Notes: generated from the sequence alone by a model not told the origin. Shown: positions 46,977 to 61,085, numbered from the stretch's first letter. The stretch: DNA of 64,000 nucleotides from Anolis carolinensis (GCF_035594765.1 NC_085843.1:141833971-141897970); one strand, 5' to 3'. Numbers and translations are program-made.

Positions 46977-47611
46977 ATAGAACGTTATAAAGTAGCAGGT
47001 AGTTGAGGTCGTATAGAAGTTGCTCAACAGTTCTTTTGCAATTGCCATTTTGACAAGTGACAACTTGAAAATTACATTGATAAATATAATTAACATGAAT
47101 TTGATGCAGAAACCAGTTTAGCATGTTTTTAGTGTCTCCATTTCTGGGTTACTAGTCCCATGGATCAGATTGGTGATTGTTTGCATGGCACATGTTTAAA
47201 AGGAAAGGCAGGGTACTAATCCTTGGGATTATGTTTGAATTTATACGTCATGCAACAAGGTTATTAACAAAAATGATGGGTTCAAACCTCCACTGAAGGA
47301 GAGTCCACCACCTCCCCAAGTGGTCTGTTCTCACTGTTGAGAAATGGTATGTTAGCCATATAGTTTACTCACTGGTTACAATGGAAGCTTGCCTTATGAA
47401 ATAGATTAATTGTGATATCCCTTCTGTTCTCAGAACCTATTACATTAAACATTATTATTTCCCAATCACCTTTGCTATCCCTTTTGAGAGTTATTTTTTC
47501 TTATATTGTATTGGTTGTTGCAAAATTGTTTCCCAAGATGGGTGACTTATTTTTGGCACACCCAAAGCTAGCTAGGTAATTTGCAAATTACTTACAGCAA
47601 GATTTCTTCTA

Positions 47612-47934
47612 CAGTAGAGTCTCACTTATCCAACACTTGCTTATCCAACATTCTGGATTATCCAACGCATTTTTGTAGTCAATGTTTTCAATACATCGTG
47701 ATATTTTGGTACTAAATTTGTAAATACAGTAATTACTACATAGCATTACTGTTTATTGAACTACTTTTTCTGTCAAATTTGTTGTATAACATGATGTTTT
47801 GGTGCTTAATTTGTAAAATCATAACCTAATTTGATGTTTAATAGGCTTTTCCTTAATCCCTCCTTGTTATCCAACATATTCACTTATCCAACATTTTGCC
47901 GGCCCGTTTATGTTGGATAAGTGAGACTCTACTG
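47612..47934 (-). mobile_element. MITE family A copy in the last PIBF1 intron
   Basis: Complete TIRs and TA duplication. Confidence 0.9.
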
Positions 47935-48785
47935 TATTTGCAATCACATAAAAATGACTACATTATGTAAGTCTCTTTTGTGTGACTCACAGAGACCTCA
48001 AAAATATGTGAAAGTTCCAGCAGTCTCAATCATTTGGGGGGTGGGGTGGCAATCCTGGGAGTTTAGAGGCTCTTGAACCTCTATTGTCAGAAACAGGTGT
48101 GAGGAAGGTTACAGGCTACTTTGGGTTGCATTTTGCTCAACCCTGTACTAAATATCACACTGTTGAAAAACAATTATTTTAACAAGAATAATCCAATTCT
48201 AAGTTTCAGCTTTCCTAACAAAATATTTCTATGCTACCCTTTGAGCTCGTTCTGAGACAGAACTGACTGCAACTGTCCCTACTTGCCACCCTGTTTCCTG
48301 GAATCAGGTGGCCTGGGTACACAAGGTGGCAGTCCCCTTCCCCACCATCCTCAGTGGCGCAGTAGACTGTTTGCTTTTGCATGTAGTCATGCCAGTCAGG
48401 ACAATGGGTACTCTGGAAAGGAGGGAAGTCGTCTTCTCTTTCCCTCCCTTGGTGTCTCATTGCCTTGGCTGACATCACTGCATGTGACAGTGGACAGGTG
48501 GAGCCTGTGTCATAGCTGGAGACTATCGTAAAATGGCACTGAGGGGGGGCTCTCTCCTGCCTTTGCAGTGGCTGGGGATGTCCATGTGTGGCCAATAGCC
48601 AGAGGCAATCTGACATGGAACCTGCCAGATAGGCCCATAGTATATGTCAGTTTAGATCTGGTGCCTAGTAAGTCTCATGGCTGAGTGGAGTTTTAACCCA
48701 AATTTCCCCAGTCCTGCCATGTATCCACTCTACAAGTTTGTCCTGACTGATAAAAGTCACAGATCTTCAAAGTAACTGTACTTAC

Positions 48786-48959
48786 AAACAATGTTGGTTT
48801 GGGCGCAAAAACATCTCCTTCCTCATGCTCTAAAGGTAAATGGGCAGCTGAACTCAATGTAGGTTTTGAAGGCAGATTTTTATTCTGTTTCTGAGGCAGA
48901 CTCTGTCCTTGGGGTTTACCATGAAGACTTATCAACATCTGTTTCATCACAGCAAGTTC
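48786..48959 (-). CDS. PIBF1: PIBF1 (CEP90) penultimate coding exon (174 nt)
   Basis: aaag|GAA CTT GCT GTG ATG AAA CAG: ELAVMKQMLISLHGK...EHEEGDVFAPKPTLF|gtaagt, resembling recalled human ELAAMKQILVKMHSK...EHEDNIFTPKPTLF. PIBF1 is the known upstream neighbour of KLF5. Confidence 0.9.
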
Positions 48960-50539
48960 CTTTTAAAATATATACATACAGCAAAAGTTATAGAACAAGC
49001 ATTTTCTGTTCACAAAAACCAACTATATAAATGAAACGAATACTCTATAGAAAATTTGCAGGGTACTCTTCCTAGATGCTTTTCTCTTAAACTACCATCT
49101 ATTTTAAAACAATTATTTTTTAAAGGTTTGTTTTGAGAAAGAAGAACAGCTTGCTTAATCTAATTAGCATGCTGAGAAATAATATTCAGATGGTTGGGAT
49201 AGGAAACTATGCTTCTAAATGCAGATCTATTTGTCTTAAAAATCAAACTGTTATTACTCCCATAAAAAGGTGGCAGGCTAATAGTGACATCCAGTAAAAG
49301 AAAGAAAAAAGCAAAGGCACTGACTGCAAACACTGCAGTAAAAATGCAAGAGATGCTAAGAAAAATGTATTTTTCTATGAAACAAAAAGATTGGGTTTTT
49401 TAAAAAAAAAATGCACAGGCAAGATGAATAGAACATTAAATATATCAGACCATAGCCAATATTAGATATACTGTCAAGTTACCAGAAAGAAACATTCATG
49501 GCCTTTAAACAATACAATTCACAGAAAAGGTGGTGTGCATGATCAAATATGGCATCACACTAAACATTATATTTTTCACACAGCCTAAACTTTAGTACAC
49601 AGCACATGTTCTGTTGTTAGCCACACAAGAAGCATTACATATATTCACATAATAATTTAGTCTGTTAGGGTTATACTGATAATGGTTATTTTGCAAATTT
49701 CACAGAGAAGTGGATCTGAATTTGTTTCTCTGTCACTCTATTTTATTTATAGTATTTATATCCCACTTTCTTTCTCTCAAGAAGACTCAAAGTGGCTCTT
49801 TAATGACTTTGGGAATCTAATGACTACATTGCACTGGCACTCAATGACGAGTTTCTAAGTGTATGTTGAGTAGCCTGCTGAAGTTACCGTCAAAGGTTTT
49901 CTCTTATGTAATCTTGTCACATTGCTTTATGTTTTCCTACTTCTCTTAGGATTCTTTCAGGGTTCCCTGTAAAAATTATATTGTTTTTAGAACAAAGCAT
50001 ATGTACTGGATATGTCATGGGCTCTACTCAACAATGTTATGAACAATATAGGTTCTGTAGGTTTGAATTGTATGTAAGTCTGAACAGGTACTTTCTTTTC
50101 AAGTAAAACTTGGATAATATAGGGAAGAGTTAACACCCCTGTTACATTTGTTTTTCTATCTGGACCCCTACGTGAAGATTTCACCACACTTTCTGCCACT
50201 GTGACAACTGGATTTTGAAAAATGTTGGTTCTTGAGGAAACAAGGATTGGTGATAAAGCTTCAGTGAAGACACCTTTTCCCCATAACTCTTACAAGAGTG
50301 AATTTACCTTCCTAGGAGTAGATTTCCCCTCACTCCCTTTTGCCTCACCCCGTTTCTAACTAGGATGTACGTCAGATATTGGTAACTTGGGAAGTGCCTT
50401 TAATTATCAAACTGCTAAGACTCATAGTGTGCTGTTAAAAATGACTTAAATGACAAACTCATCTCAGCTGTAAAACAAATGTCAGTGTGACAGAAGAAAT
50501 AAATTAAGGTTTTCAAAACTTTATAAACTGGGAAGAGAC

Positions 50540-51080
50540 AATATTAGAAATGTACTTATAACAAATGAGAAGCAGACTGCAATGATATTTTTGGATGAAG
50601 AAAAGGCTTTTGACAATTTTCACTGCACATTTATTTTTAGAGTACTAGAGGAGCAACATCAGGCATGGGCATACTTCAGCCCTCCAGGTATTGTGGACTT
50701 CAACTCCCATAATTCCTATCAGCCGGTAAGCTGGCTGGGATTTCTGGGAGTTGAAGTCCAAAACACTTGGAGGGCCAAAGTCTGCCCATGCCTGAGCTAA
50801 ATGATATGGGCTAACTCAATTTACACTACACAGACAGCACAAATTATAATAAATGCAGAATTGTCTAGCCCATGTGAGCTACAGAAAGGAATGAGACAAG
50901 GATGCCCATTGTTCCCATTGTTGTTTATTTTAGCACTTGATGTTCTGAATAGAGATATTCAACAAGATGAGAAGATTTACAGACATTAGGATTAAGGAAG
51001 AATCCTTTAAACTGAGGGCATTTGTGGATGCCTTGTTGATTATCTTCATAAATCGTCTCATGAGTGCTAAAAAACTGGTG
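50540..51080 (+). mobile_element. L1/Tx1-type reverse transcriptase fragment interrupted by a hAT MITE
   Basis: IFLDEEKAFDN ... KGMRQGCPLFPLLFILAL ... FKLRAFVD RT motifs with stops and frameshifts. Confidence 0.8.
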
Positions 51081-54000
51081 ACTATTAGAATTATGCTTCT
51101 TTCTATCATTAATTTATATACTGCCTTTTCCTAAGGCAGCTTCCAGAAACAGCTAATTAGTATGATTCAATTCACAGACAAAATGTGGCTTACAGTCAAG
51201 GTAGATAAAGGAAGGACCTGAAGAGTCAAATTACACATGCAGAAGAGATTATTGGATTATTTTTCTATTTTGTTAGTTGTAATGCTTACTATATATGCAA
51301 GTATTTTAAGGAAGTATTATGCATTTTAGTAGTTTGCAGTAGGCTTATGTTGTGGGTTGCATTTATTTATACATATATAATTTTATTCAATAAAAAGGAA
51401 TTAATTTTTTTTCATAAGCATAAGACATTTCTTATCAGATAAGGATGCCTGATGTATCTCTGGGTATTTTAGTGCTTTGGTCATGTCTTTTCTTAACATT
51501 TTAAATTGAAGTAGGTAAGGCTGCTGTATTTTCATTAAGTATGAGTGAATACATTAATAAGCTTCCATGAAAGTTATGGCAGATTTTACCACCCTAATGA
51601 GGTGGTTTTCCTTTGTATTTCTTTATTCTCCTTTATAAAGTGGTTTGGATAGAAATATGTACAGTATTCAGTACGTTCGCTCTACTGACAGCAGTACTCA
51701 AAATATGAATACTTTTAGGTGTGAGAATAAAGTGCATGTTCAATTTCAGTTTTGGAAAAAAAAGATATTTTTCTTTTTCAGACCTTGGAAAAAACAGATT
51801 ATCATAACCACCAAAATACACAGGTGTTAATTTGGGGTTCCATCTGCTCCATCTCATCTCAAAAGAAAGTATTTGTTCATTTCCCTATGATCTACTTTAT
51901 GCAGAAGTTGCTTAAAGTAGATCATAGGAATAGATCTGATACATTTTAATGCTTAAAATTTATCAGAAGATGACAAGCACTGAGATTTCTACAGCTGCAG
52001 AACAAGAATGCAGATTAACAATAGATTTCTTAATTTTAAGTTGGACTGTACACTGAGGCACTGTTTTGGTTACAATAATGAACATATGCTTTGAAGGATG
52101 AAAGCATGCCATTCCTCATGCATTACTGCTTATAAGCAGTTCTATAATAACATAGGATGTAAATTCTTTTTGCTCAAAAGGTAAAAATAGGCAGCCTTTG
52201 TTGTTGCGATGATTACATCTTGTAAATTAATGCCCAATATTTCAGTTATGAGCTCTTCGTGCTGCCATCTCAAACCTTAAAGCACACCAAAACCACTTCA
52301 GCCACTGGGTGCATTCTTCTTATTGCTCCGTCATTTAATATTGTAACTATTTGCATAATTCAGCCATGGGCAGTGGCATGTCAAAACAGCTCAACTGCAG
52401 AACAGCTGTTTCAAAGGACTGCATAACTGATACCAACATGTTGCTGAAAGTTGTAAACTCTGCAAAGATGTTGCCAAGGCAATGCATAGACAAAATGTCT
52501 TGATGAAAATAACTTGGACAATTATGTTACAGGCACATGTTTCACCTTTAACGGGCCAAGCTTGCATACCTACTGCTTGGAAGCTGTAGAAATCAGAAGA
52601 TTTTCCAAGTATGTTCAGGACTGGGATATAAGCAATGCTTTTATTTAGCAACTACTGTGAGAGAATACAACTTGGCAGCATCTTATATCAACCAAAAAGA
52701 TGTTGACATTATACTCCAAAAAGACAATTGTAAGGAATTCTCAGGCTGATAAGAGCTTAAGTTTCAGGGAAGACAAAGCAATCTTTTAGCAGTTATTTGG
52801 CTATCATATCTCCTGGAGTGAGGCCAACTGACAGGCAACACAAAGAGCTAATTGCTTATCAGAAAATCACCTTAAGCTTTCTACCTTTTTGTAAGCCAGC
52901 ACAAGTCTTAACTTCGACTATCAGAAAAATGAGTAAATTACACTAACTAAAATAGCAGAAAATCCCATGCGTTTATTTTCAAAACTGTACTTTTATAAAA
53001 AACTAAAGATTATGACGGAGTGCTCCGCAACCTACGCAGGACCCTCTAGATATTTTGAACCATGTCTTCCATAACATCTGACCTGTTAAGATCCAATGTA
53101 ACATGTAGTTTAAACTAGCTGGAGTGCGCCAGACTGTTTTAACCTTCTCTTATGTAATTTCTAAAAGTGGCTCCTACCTAGCCCACATCTAGGTGTCTTT
53201 CAGAAAAGGATGTAAGATCCTTGTGTTGTGATGAGGTACAACATAGGATTAAATAAAGGTTAAGTAATTTAACTGCTGAGTTTATGGTTGGGAGGTTGTC
53301 ACCCAACCTGATGCTTATGGCAAGTTGGAGAGAAAAAAATAAACAACCAAGCAAAGCAAGAGCCCCACATATTTGAAAAGACTTGCAGCAATAAGATAGA
53401 TGGAGGAAACAAATCAAAATATCAATGCAAAACAAGCAGTATATCTGGTGGCACCTGTCTGCAACATCTGCATAAAGCAAATGACTGTGTGGCAACCCAC
53501 TCACTCAGCTTTGCTTTGTTAATTAACAGATGAAGTTAGCTAGGAAACCATTTAATTTATTCATGTTCAAACAAACAAAGTCCAAGTTCTTGATTAGCTT
53601 CAGAATATGGGATTTCTCTTTAAAACTCCTTTGCTGGAAACTGAGATCTCTTAGATCAGCAATAGACTGTCCTGGAAGGCTAACATTTTCTCCTGCTTAG
53701 ATCTGAATGTTGTCGTTTCTGATGTCAAATGCATGTTCATTTATCACTTGCCCAAAATCTGACTTGTTTGTTTATGGAAACAGTTGAAGGGTCATGTTGG
53801 CAGGTGATACATAAATAACATTGAAATATGAGCACTTCATTGAATTCAAAATAGTAATATATCCTGTATTACCTGCATAACTGGACTAGTTCTGTCACTG
53901 AAAATAAGTTATAGTGGAGAGTGTGAAAAATGGCCAAATAAAGATTTGTAAAAAAGGACTGGTAAGACATGAGAAAGACAAAGGCCACATTGACACTGCC

Positions 54001-54307
54001 ATATAATTTAGTGAACTGTATTATATGAGTCTACACTGCATTATACTGCCATATAACTCCATTGAACTATATCATATGAGTCTACACTGATCATGTAATA
54101 CAGTTTGAAACTGCATCATATAGTAGTGTAGATGGGGCCAAATTATCATCCCTACTGATTCATCCCTACAAATCACTCTTAAGCCCCTACGTTTTGTAAT
54201 ATCTCATGAAACACGGGTTTCAGAACATATTTGCTGACACGATGCGCAGTTTTACCTATAGCCAAAACTACTGGTGTCAAATTCCAACTAGTTTTCAGTC
54301 AACAACA

Positions 54308-54380
54308 ACAACAACAATCTTTATTTATATCCCGTTTCTCACCCAAAGTGGCTCACAACATTATATAAAAGACACTACAA

Positions 54381-54432
<52 letters not shown>

Positions 54433-55067
54433 CAATAACTTATAAAAACAAAATTCCAATAAGAAATAAATAAACACATTTAAAAACATTAGTCTAATAT
54501 ACTTATTGCAAGTGACTTAACAAGATAGATGGGGATCTTAGCAAAACTCAATAAAAGTTAGCCTTCCTGTCATTAAAGCTAAATGTCTTCATAAAAAACT
54601 TGTGTGAACAGGAAGGTCTTTAGCTGTTTTTAAAAAGATGTCAGGGACAGGGCTGTTTTAACCCCCTTGGGGAGAGAGTTCCAAAGAGTTGGAGCAACCA
54701 CCGAGAAGGCCTTCTCTCTCGCCACCACCAACCACATTTGTGATGGTGGCAGCAAAGAGAGGGCATCTCTAGAAGATCTTAACATTCAGGCAGGTTGGTA
54801 TGAGGAGAAGCGGTCAGATAGGTAAGTAGGACATGAACCATTTAGGGCTTTAAAGGTCAAAACCAGCACCTTGAATCGGGCCAGGAAGGGAACTGGCAGC
54901 CAGTGTAGGTGCTTTAGCAGGGGGGTAATATGCTCCCTGGGTCCAGCACATGTTAATAACCTGGCTGCAGATCTTTGAACTAATTGAAGTTTCCAGACAC
55001 TCTTTAAAGGCAGCCCCACATAGAGCCCATTACAGTAGTGTAAATGGAATGTAACCAAGGTTAACAA
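54308..55067 (-). mobile_element. L2 LINE 3' fragment with internal (TA)n (54384-54429); another L2 3' remnant at ~13168-13460
   Basis: YCNGLYVGLP...KLQLVQRSAARLLT...HITPLLKHLHWLPV..RFKVLVLTFKALNG is canonical L2 ORF2. Confidence 0.9.
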
Positions 55068-55661
55068 AAACTACTTTCCTTGTTCAAAAGGATTGTTATG
55101 AGGGGAGTGCACCTGAGGTGTACTTATAAAAAATACTGTAATGCACAATTTTTTTCTCTAAAAACATCAGATTTATGCTGGAGTGTGTGTACTTGCACAC
55201 CTTTCTGGCTCATGATCCTTGTGGTTCGGTTAATATTTCTAGGGACAAAAAGCGGAAAAGGAATGCATGGGCATTGAGGCATAATGTGTAGAAGTCAAGA
55301 ACAGGCTAAATTTGCTGAATCTATATAAGCCTTGGACAACTTAAAGGCTTCACGTTTCTCATCAAAAAGCCCTATGTTATGCCTTGCATCTGAAAGCAGC
55401 CTTGAGTCTTGATCACAAGTTGCAAAGAGTCAAAAAAGCTAGGTTATGCCCATAATGTCAACCAGTGTTGGTTGCAAAAGCGCAAAAGTACTGTGTGCAA
55501 CAATGCCTTCCCATCTAAAGTGCCCAGCACAGTTTGAAGACCCTCTGAGATACCTAGCATGACACTCTTGACAAAGTCTAATAGGTCACAATTCAAAGTG
55601 GCCACTTAGAGATAAAAACAATGCTGCAGAATAATATTTTTTATAAACTAAGAATATGTAG

Positions 55662-56293
55662 TAGAATCATAGAGCTGGAAGAGATCACATGGGCTACCAA
55701 GTCCATCTCCCTGCCATGCACCATTAAAAGCACCATTAAAGTACCCCTGACAGATGGCCATCCAGCCTCTGTTTAAAAGCCTCCAAAAAGGGAGCCTCCA
55801 TCAGACTCCAAGGCAGAGAGTTCCACTCTTGAACAGCTCTTATGGTCAGAAAGTTCTTCCCAATGCTCAGGTGGAATCTGGAATTTGAACCCACTGTTCT
55901 GAGTCCCAATCTCCAGGCCAGCAGAAAACAGGCCTGCTTCCTCTTCCTTATGACATCCTTTTAGATATTTATACCTGGATATCACATTTCCTCTCAGTCT
56001 TCTCTTCTGCAGGTTAAACATCCCAAGCTCTTTAAGCCGCTCCTCATAGGGCAGCGGTTCTCAACCTGTGGGTCCCCAGGTATTTTGGCCTACAACTCCC
56101 AGAAATCCCAGCCAGTTTACCAGCTGCTAGGATTTCTGGGAATTGAAGGCCAAAACATCCGGGGACCCACAGGTTGAGAACCACTGTCACAGGGACTCAT
56201 GGTCTCCAGACCTTTGATTATTTCAGTTGTCCTCTTCTGGACATATTCCATCTTGAAAATATCCCTCTTGAATTGTGGTGCCCAGAGTTGGAC
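55662..56293 (-). mobile_element. CR1 LINE 3' fragment with a hAT MITE inserted at 56052-56186
   Basis: WAPQFKRDI..MEYVQKRTTEIIKGLE and MFNLQKRRLRGNVI..YKYLKG; MITE TSD TCATAGGG/TCACAGGG. Confidence 0.88.
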
Positions 56294-56339
56294 TAGTATA
56301 ATAGGTAGTATAATTGTGGAATAGTAGAGTAATATGTAA

Positions 56340-56561
56340 CCCTGCCAACCTAGCAGTTTGAAAACATGCCAATGTGAGTAGATAAATAGGTACCACTCCG
56401 GCGGGAAGGTAATGGCGCTCCATGCAGTCATGCCAGCCACATGACCTTGGAGGTGTCTACGAACAACGCCAGCTCTTTGGCTTAGAAATGGAGATGAGCA
56501 CCAACCCCCAGAGTCAGACATGACTGGACTTAACGTCAGAGGAAAACCTTTACCTTTACCT
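56340..56561 (+). mobile_element. 5'-truncated Sauria SINE
   Basis: (ACCTTT)n tail; 7-bp TSD TATGTAA. Confidence 0.88.
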
Positions 56562-58426
56562 TATGTAATGTTACTGATTCAACAAAAGTAATTTTTGAAA
56601 AGTCCATAAAAGTAAAATTGCAGTTGAAAAGATGTCGATTTTTCTATTTCTGGGATACTTATACTGAAAGCTTCTCAGTATAAATGCTGGGACATGGCAA
56701 GCCCAACAACTCATTTTCTGTGCCCCAGTGAGAGCACTGAGTTTTTGCTTCTACCGTAGAAAAGCAGTTCTCCATGCTTTTCAAGGGCAAAATGTGTATG
56801 TGAATATAACTAGATTTTCACATTCAGACACTAAATAGATCCCCAAGTATTCCAGGACTGGGGGCTGTACAGCTTGCCAGATATTGCTGGACAGCAGCTC
56901 CCAACCTCTTCCCATTGTCTGTCCTATCTAGAGGAGATGGAAGTTGCAGTCCAACAACAGCTGGAAGGCCACAAACCTCCCAGCCTTTATGTATTCCCTT
57001 TTTCCTGTTATGAAGCAGACAAGAAGGACTAAACATGTGCTCTGTAAAAATCAGAAACTTGTTATTCTGTCTACATAACTGGTTTAATAAGAAGCATTAC
57101 TTGTACCAAAACCATGAACAAAAAACTCAATTTGCAATAAAAGTATTCCTCTTAAGTTTTAATTCTGTCAAACAAACACACACACGTCTTTGGGGATGGA
57201 AGTATATAATAAAGGATTTTTTCAAAACAGCTTTGTAGTTATCTATTCCATAAATTATTTCTTTCCATTTTGGTGGTTCATAAATATATTTCCATTCATA
57301 TTTTATATTTGATGTCAAAACTATGACAATATCCAGGAGAATGAAAAGAAGTTTACACAGCTGGATAGTAGCTACTGCAACATGAGTGAAAGATTCATAG
57401 TCACCATAGGGAAAATGAATATAATTACACATCTTTAAAATATTTGGATGATCTTACTGCCAACTGTCTCTTACTAAAATTTCAGTTCTTAACAATAAAT
57501 AAATATAAGGCATGTCTCTTTCCCAAGAACATTTCTTATAATATACTTTTCAGTTCAATCTTGCAATCCAAACAAACAAAATGAATATTGTCTGTTTTGT
57601 GGAACATTTCCCTTCTAAATCAAAACCGGAGGTGCTTACACTGTTTTCTAATGAATTTACATTACAATAAACCTTGCTCATGTTTGTAGCATATGTAAAT
57701 TGTGTTTCCTGAAAGCTGAATTATATTCAGCTTATGTTTATTTTACGTGACATGATGAAAGAAAATGTAGTTCTTTGGTGTGAAAAGTCTAGTAGAAATC
57801 AGGAAGTTATTCAAAATGCCCCTTTCCCACACATAAAATTATGCATGAATCAACTCATTTGTTAAAAGCTTCCCAGGTGATATAAATTCAGTAGCTTTTT
57901 TCATATTCATGCATAAGAAATATAAAAATCCAATGGATGATTAAAAAAGAAAGAAAAGTTTAAATAAAGCAGCACAATAGGAACCAGAAATGTCTTGACA
58001 ATCACTTAACAGTGTAATTGTTGCCTGCTTCTCTGAGCTTCAGAGAATAGCTCCAGGGCTTACTTGTGATACAGAAAATGTCCCTGTAATCTACTTGGGG
58101 ATAAAAAAAACCCCAACAGAGCATTAATAGAAACTAGGGTCTTAGAGCAGTAACGTAACTGAAGAAAAATGATAATTACCTCGTGACTGAATGTTTAAAA
58201 GAACTAATATTGTTCAGCAGCAATTTTGTTTTTAGATGTTTGAAACAAGTTATAGCAAATTTGGAGACAAATAAATTATCTTAGAAACACAATTCTGAGA
58301 TTACATGGATGTGCCTTCAAGTCACCTGACTTATTGCCACCCCATAAATGTCACAGAGCTTTCTCAGTCAAGAAAACTCAAAAGAGGTGGTTTTGACAGT
58401 TACTTCATCTGAAATATAGCTCACAG

Positions 58427-58779
58427 CAGTGGCTCCCAACTTTTTCTTGACCAGGGACCATTTTGACCAGGGACCACTTGACTGGCAACCACTTTGACCA
58501 CTCTCCAACCTTAGTACCAAAAGGCTTACAAATCAGTTTTTGGTCAACTTTAGATTTGGTTTGTTTATTTGGGGTGCTGACTCAGAAAATTGCGTTGGAT
58601 AAACCACATCAGCTTTAGTTTCTAATACAGAACATATTCCATCAAGTAGTCGTCATCTGTTCGCCCACAAAAAACCATATTTAATAATGTAGAGCTGGTT
58701 TTCCCTGCATGTCTCGTGGACCTTATTTTAGGGTTCGCGGTCCACCAGTGGGCCGCGACCCACAGGTTAGGAACCACAG
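58427..58779. mobile_element. Non-autonomous hAT element nested in a 5S-derived SINE
   Basis: TIR CAGTGGCTCCCAAC / GTTAGGAACCACAG; TSD GCTCACAG/GCTTACAG. Confidence 0.75.
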
Positions 58780-61085
58780 GCTTACAGCAACTGCTTATTA
58801 GTTGGTGGTCTCCCATCCAAGCACTAACCAGGACTGACTCTACTTATCTTCCAAGATGAGAGAAGATTTTGGACATTTAGGGTACTTAGATCTCCAGAGC
58901 TGTGGTCCAAGGCTGAAATCACGACATAACACCATACTGACTCTCTGATAGCTGCAATAGTGGTAACTATTTCTTTGGTGTTGAGAAAGTAATGCTTTGG
59001 GGAACTTTCCTGCACGCAAGGACGCAGAATGTGGGATTTTGTATAATTGTTACCCATTCTTTTCTACACTGATGCTCTGAGAAGATGTGTGTGTGGCAGT
59101 TTCTTTTTAAAGGTGCACTAGAACTGGAAATCAGCCATTTCCAGTTCTGGTGTATCTAACAAAAAGGAATGGTTGTTACTGTTCCTGCCTATTAACTTCG
59201 ACTCACCTCCACAATACATAAGAATATTATCTGAAACACCAGAAATACTGTCATGGACACAATCAAGGTAGGATATAATTCTTACCAGAATAGCTGTTGT
59301 GATAAGTGTAAGAAAAGGGTAAATACATTAACGTGTAAGGACTGTAAAACCCAGTGAACAGAAAGCTGGCTAGCATGTGTATACCTTTAAAATATGTTTC
59401 ATTTGAAACCTTTCATTCCATATTATGAACATGAATGGCTCCTTATAAAAAGCACCCCTTTACTTCGTCTCTGTGTTTTTTAAATGTACAGGATTCTTCC
59501 AGTGGTTCAATAAAAAGGAAATGTTTGATTGCAGTTAACAGAGACCACACATGCTTTGAAGAAAAAGGTCATTTTTTTCTAGGCCTGTGATACATTCTTG
59601 TATCTCATGCATTGACATATTTTAACTGAAACTGGCCTGACATTACCATGCAGAACATCGTAAAACTTAATTAAGCTGTCATGTATATTTAGGGAAGTGA
59701 TTAGCCACTGTAAAGCCAGAGAACAGTTGAAAAACAGTCATAAAGCTCTTAAGTGTAGAAAAGGACAGGGATAAGGTGTTTACAAACTGATGTGAAAGAT
59801 GGGTTTTTTTTTTAAAGCCTTATGTATATGTATATACATTGTCAAACAAATACTGTTATCTGCACTAAACATCTGGGAGAACATGGGCTATTATTTTCAC
59901 CCCAACTCTGTCTTACTGCACTTGAGTTGGTCTTTCTCCAGGAAATAGAAACCACTCATTCTGCCTGGCTCTGATAAAGCAAGGGAAGGCTGTTGGCAGG
60001 CTGACAGTTTACCCAAAGTGTTTCTGAACTTGCTTCTGTTTTTATCCTTCTTAAAGCCTACCTGCCTCATTCTGGCATCTTCCTTAGTTCGCTAAAGTAG
60101 GAACTAGGGGACACATGGACTGATATGATCCATATAATGACACTGATCCATCAACCTCACTGGATAGCTCAGTGACCTTGGTCTCAAAGCACTGTTGGAA
60201 GGACAAAATGAAAGAAGAGCCCCATTATGTCACTCTGCACTTCCTGTGGGAAAGGCAGGATAAAAGTATAATGATCAATGCATATCAAACTTCCATGGGT
60301 TTGCTTGTATATGATGGCAAATGGGATAAAGAGCAAAAGAGCTCCTCTTCGTTTCCTATATATATAGTTCTCTGAGCTCCTATTTTATAACTAGTGGCAA
60401 TATAATCAGTTAATTATTGTAGTTACTCTATGTGTCAATTGCCTTCTTCTCTCACTAGTAAATTTAATTTGGATAACAATAAAGAATATGTGATCCACCA
60501 TCTTAACTCAGCGAGGATATGACACTCCGAAGTCTATAGTTCATTGTTCACATTTGCAGGTTTAACTTAGAGATTTGAAAGTTTATGGATTTGATTAATA
60601 TTTTCTTTCTGGGTCCTCCGGTGTGACTATGCCCAATTTCTGGTGGAGGACCAAGAGATTCCTAAGGAGGTGTTTTCTCAGGCAAAACAAAAGCACGTTT
60701 CTTTTTATTTGCAGTTTTTACACTTTTGTGGAGGTCCTGCATACCTAGACCCTGCAAAGGAATAGGACTACTGTATTAGTCAGGGTGGCTATATGTCACC
60801 TCCAGTGAAAGGGCCATATGCTTCTGTTATATTTGGGGAGACGATGGATGAAAGGTGTTGCATAGGCAACTGGCTGGCCACTCTTTGAGCAGCATGCTTG
60901 ACAGACCTTGGGTCTGATCAGACCTTGGGTCTGATCCAGTATAGCTCCCATGCTCTTAATCCACCTTTGTACAAATCTAGTGTTGATATCAGTGTATCAC
61001 AATCATTCTTTTTTTAAAAGAGAAGTTTGTTAAAATGAGCAAATCATTGAATTTTGAAAATTAGCTGTAGTGCAAGAGTTCAATT

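Noticed and set aside
46866-47124. ORFs with FFLS repeats resembling a membrane protein
   Set aside because: Translation of the (TTTC)n microsatellite.
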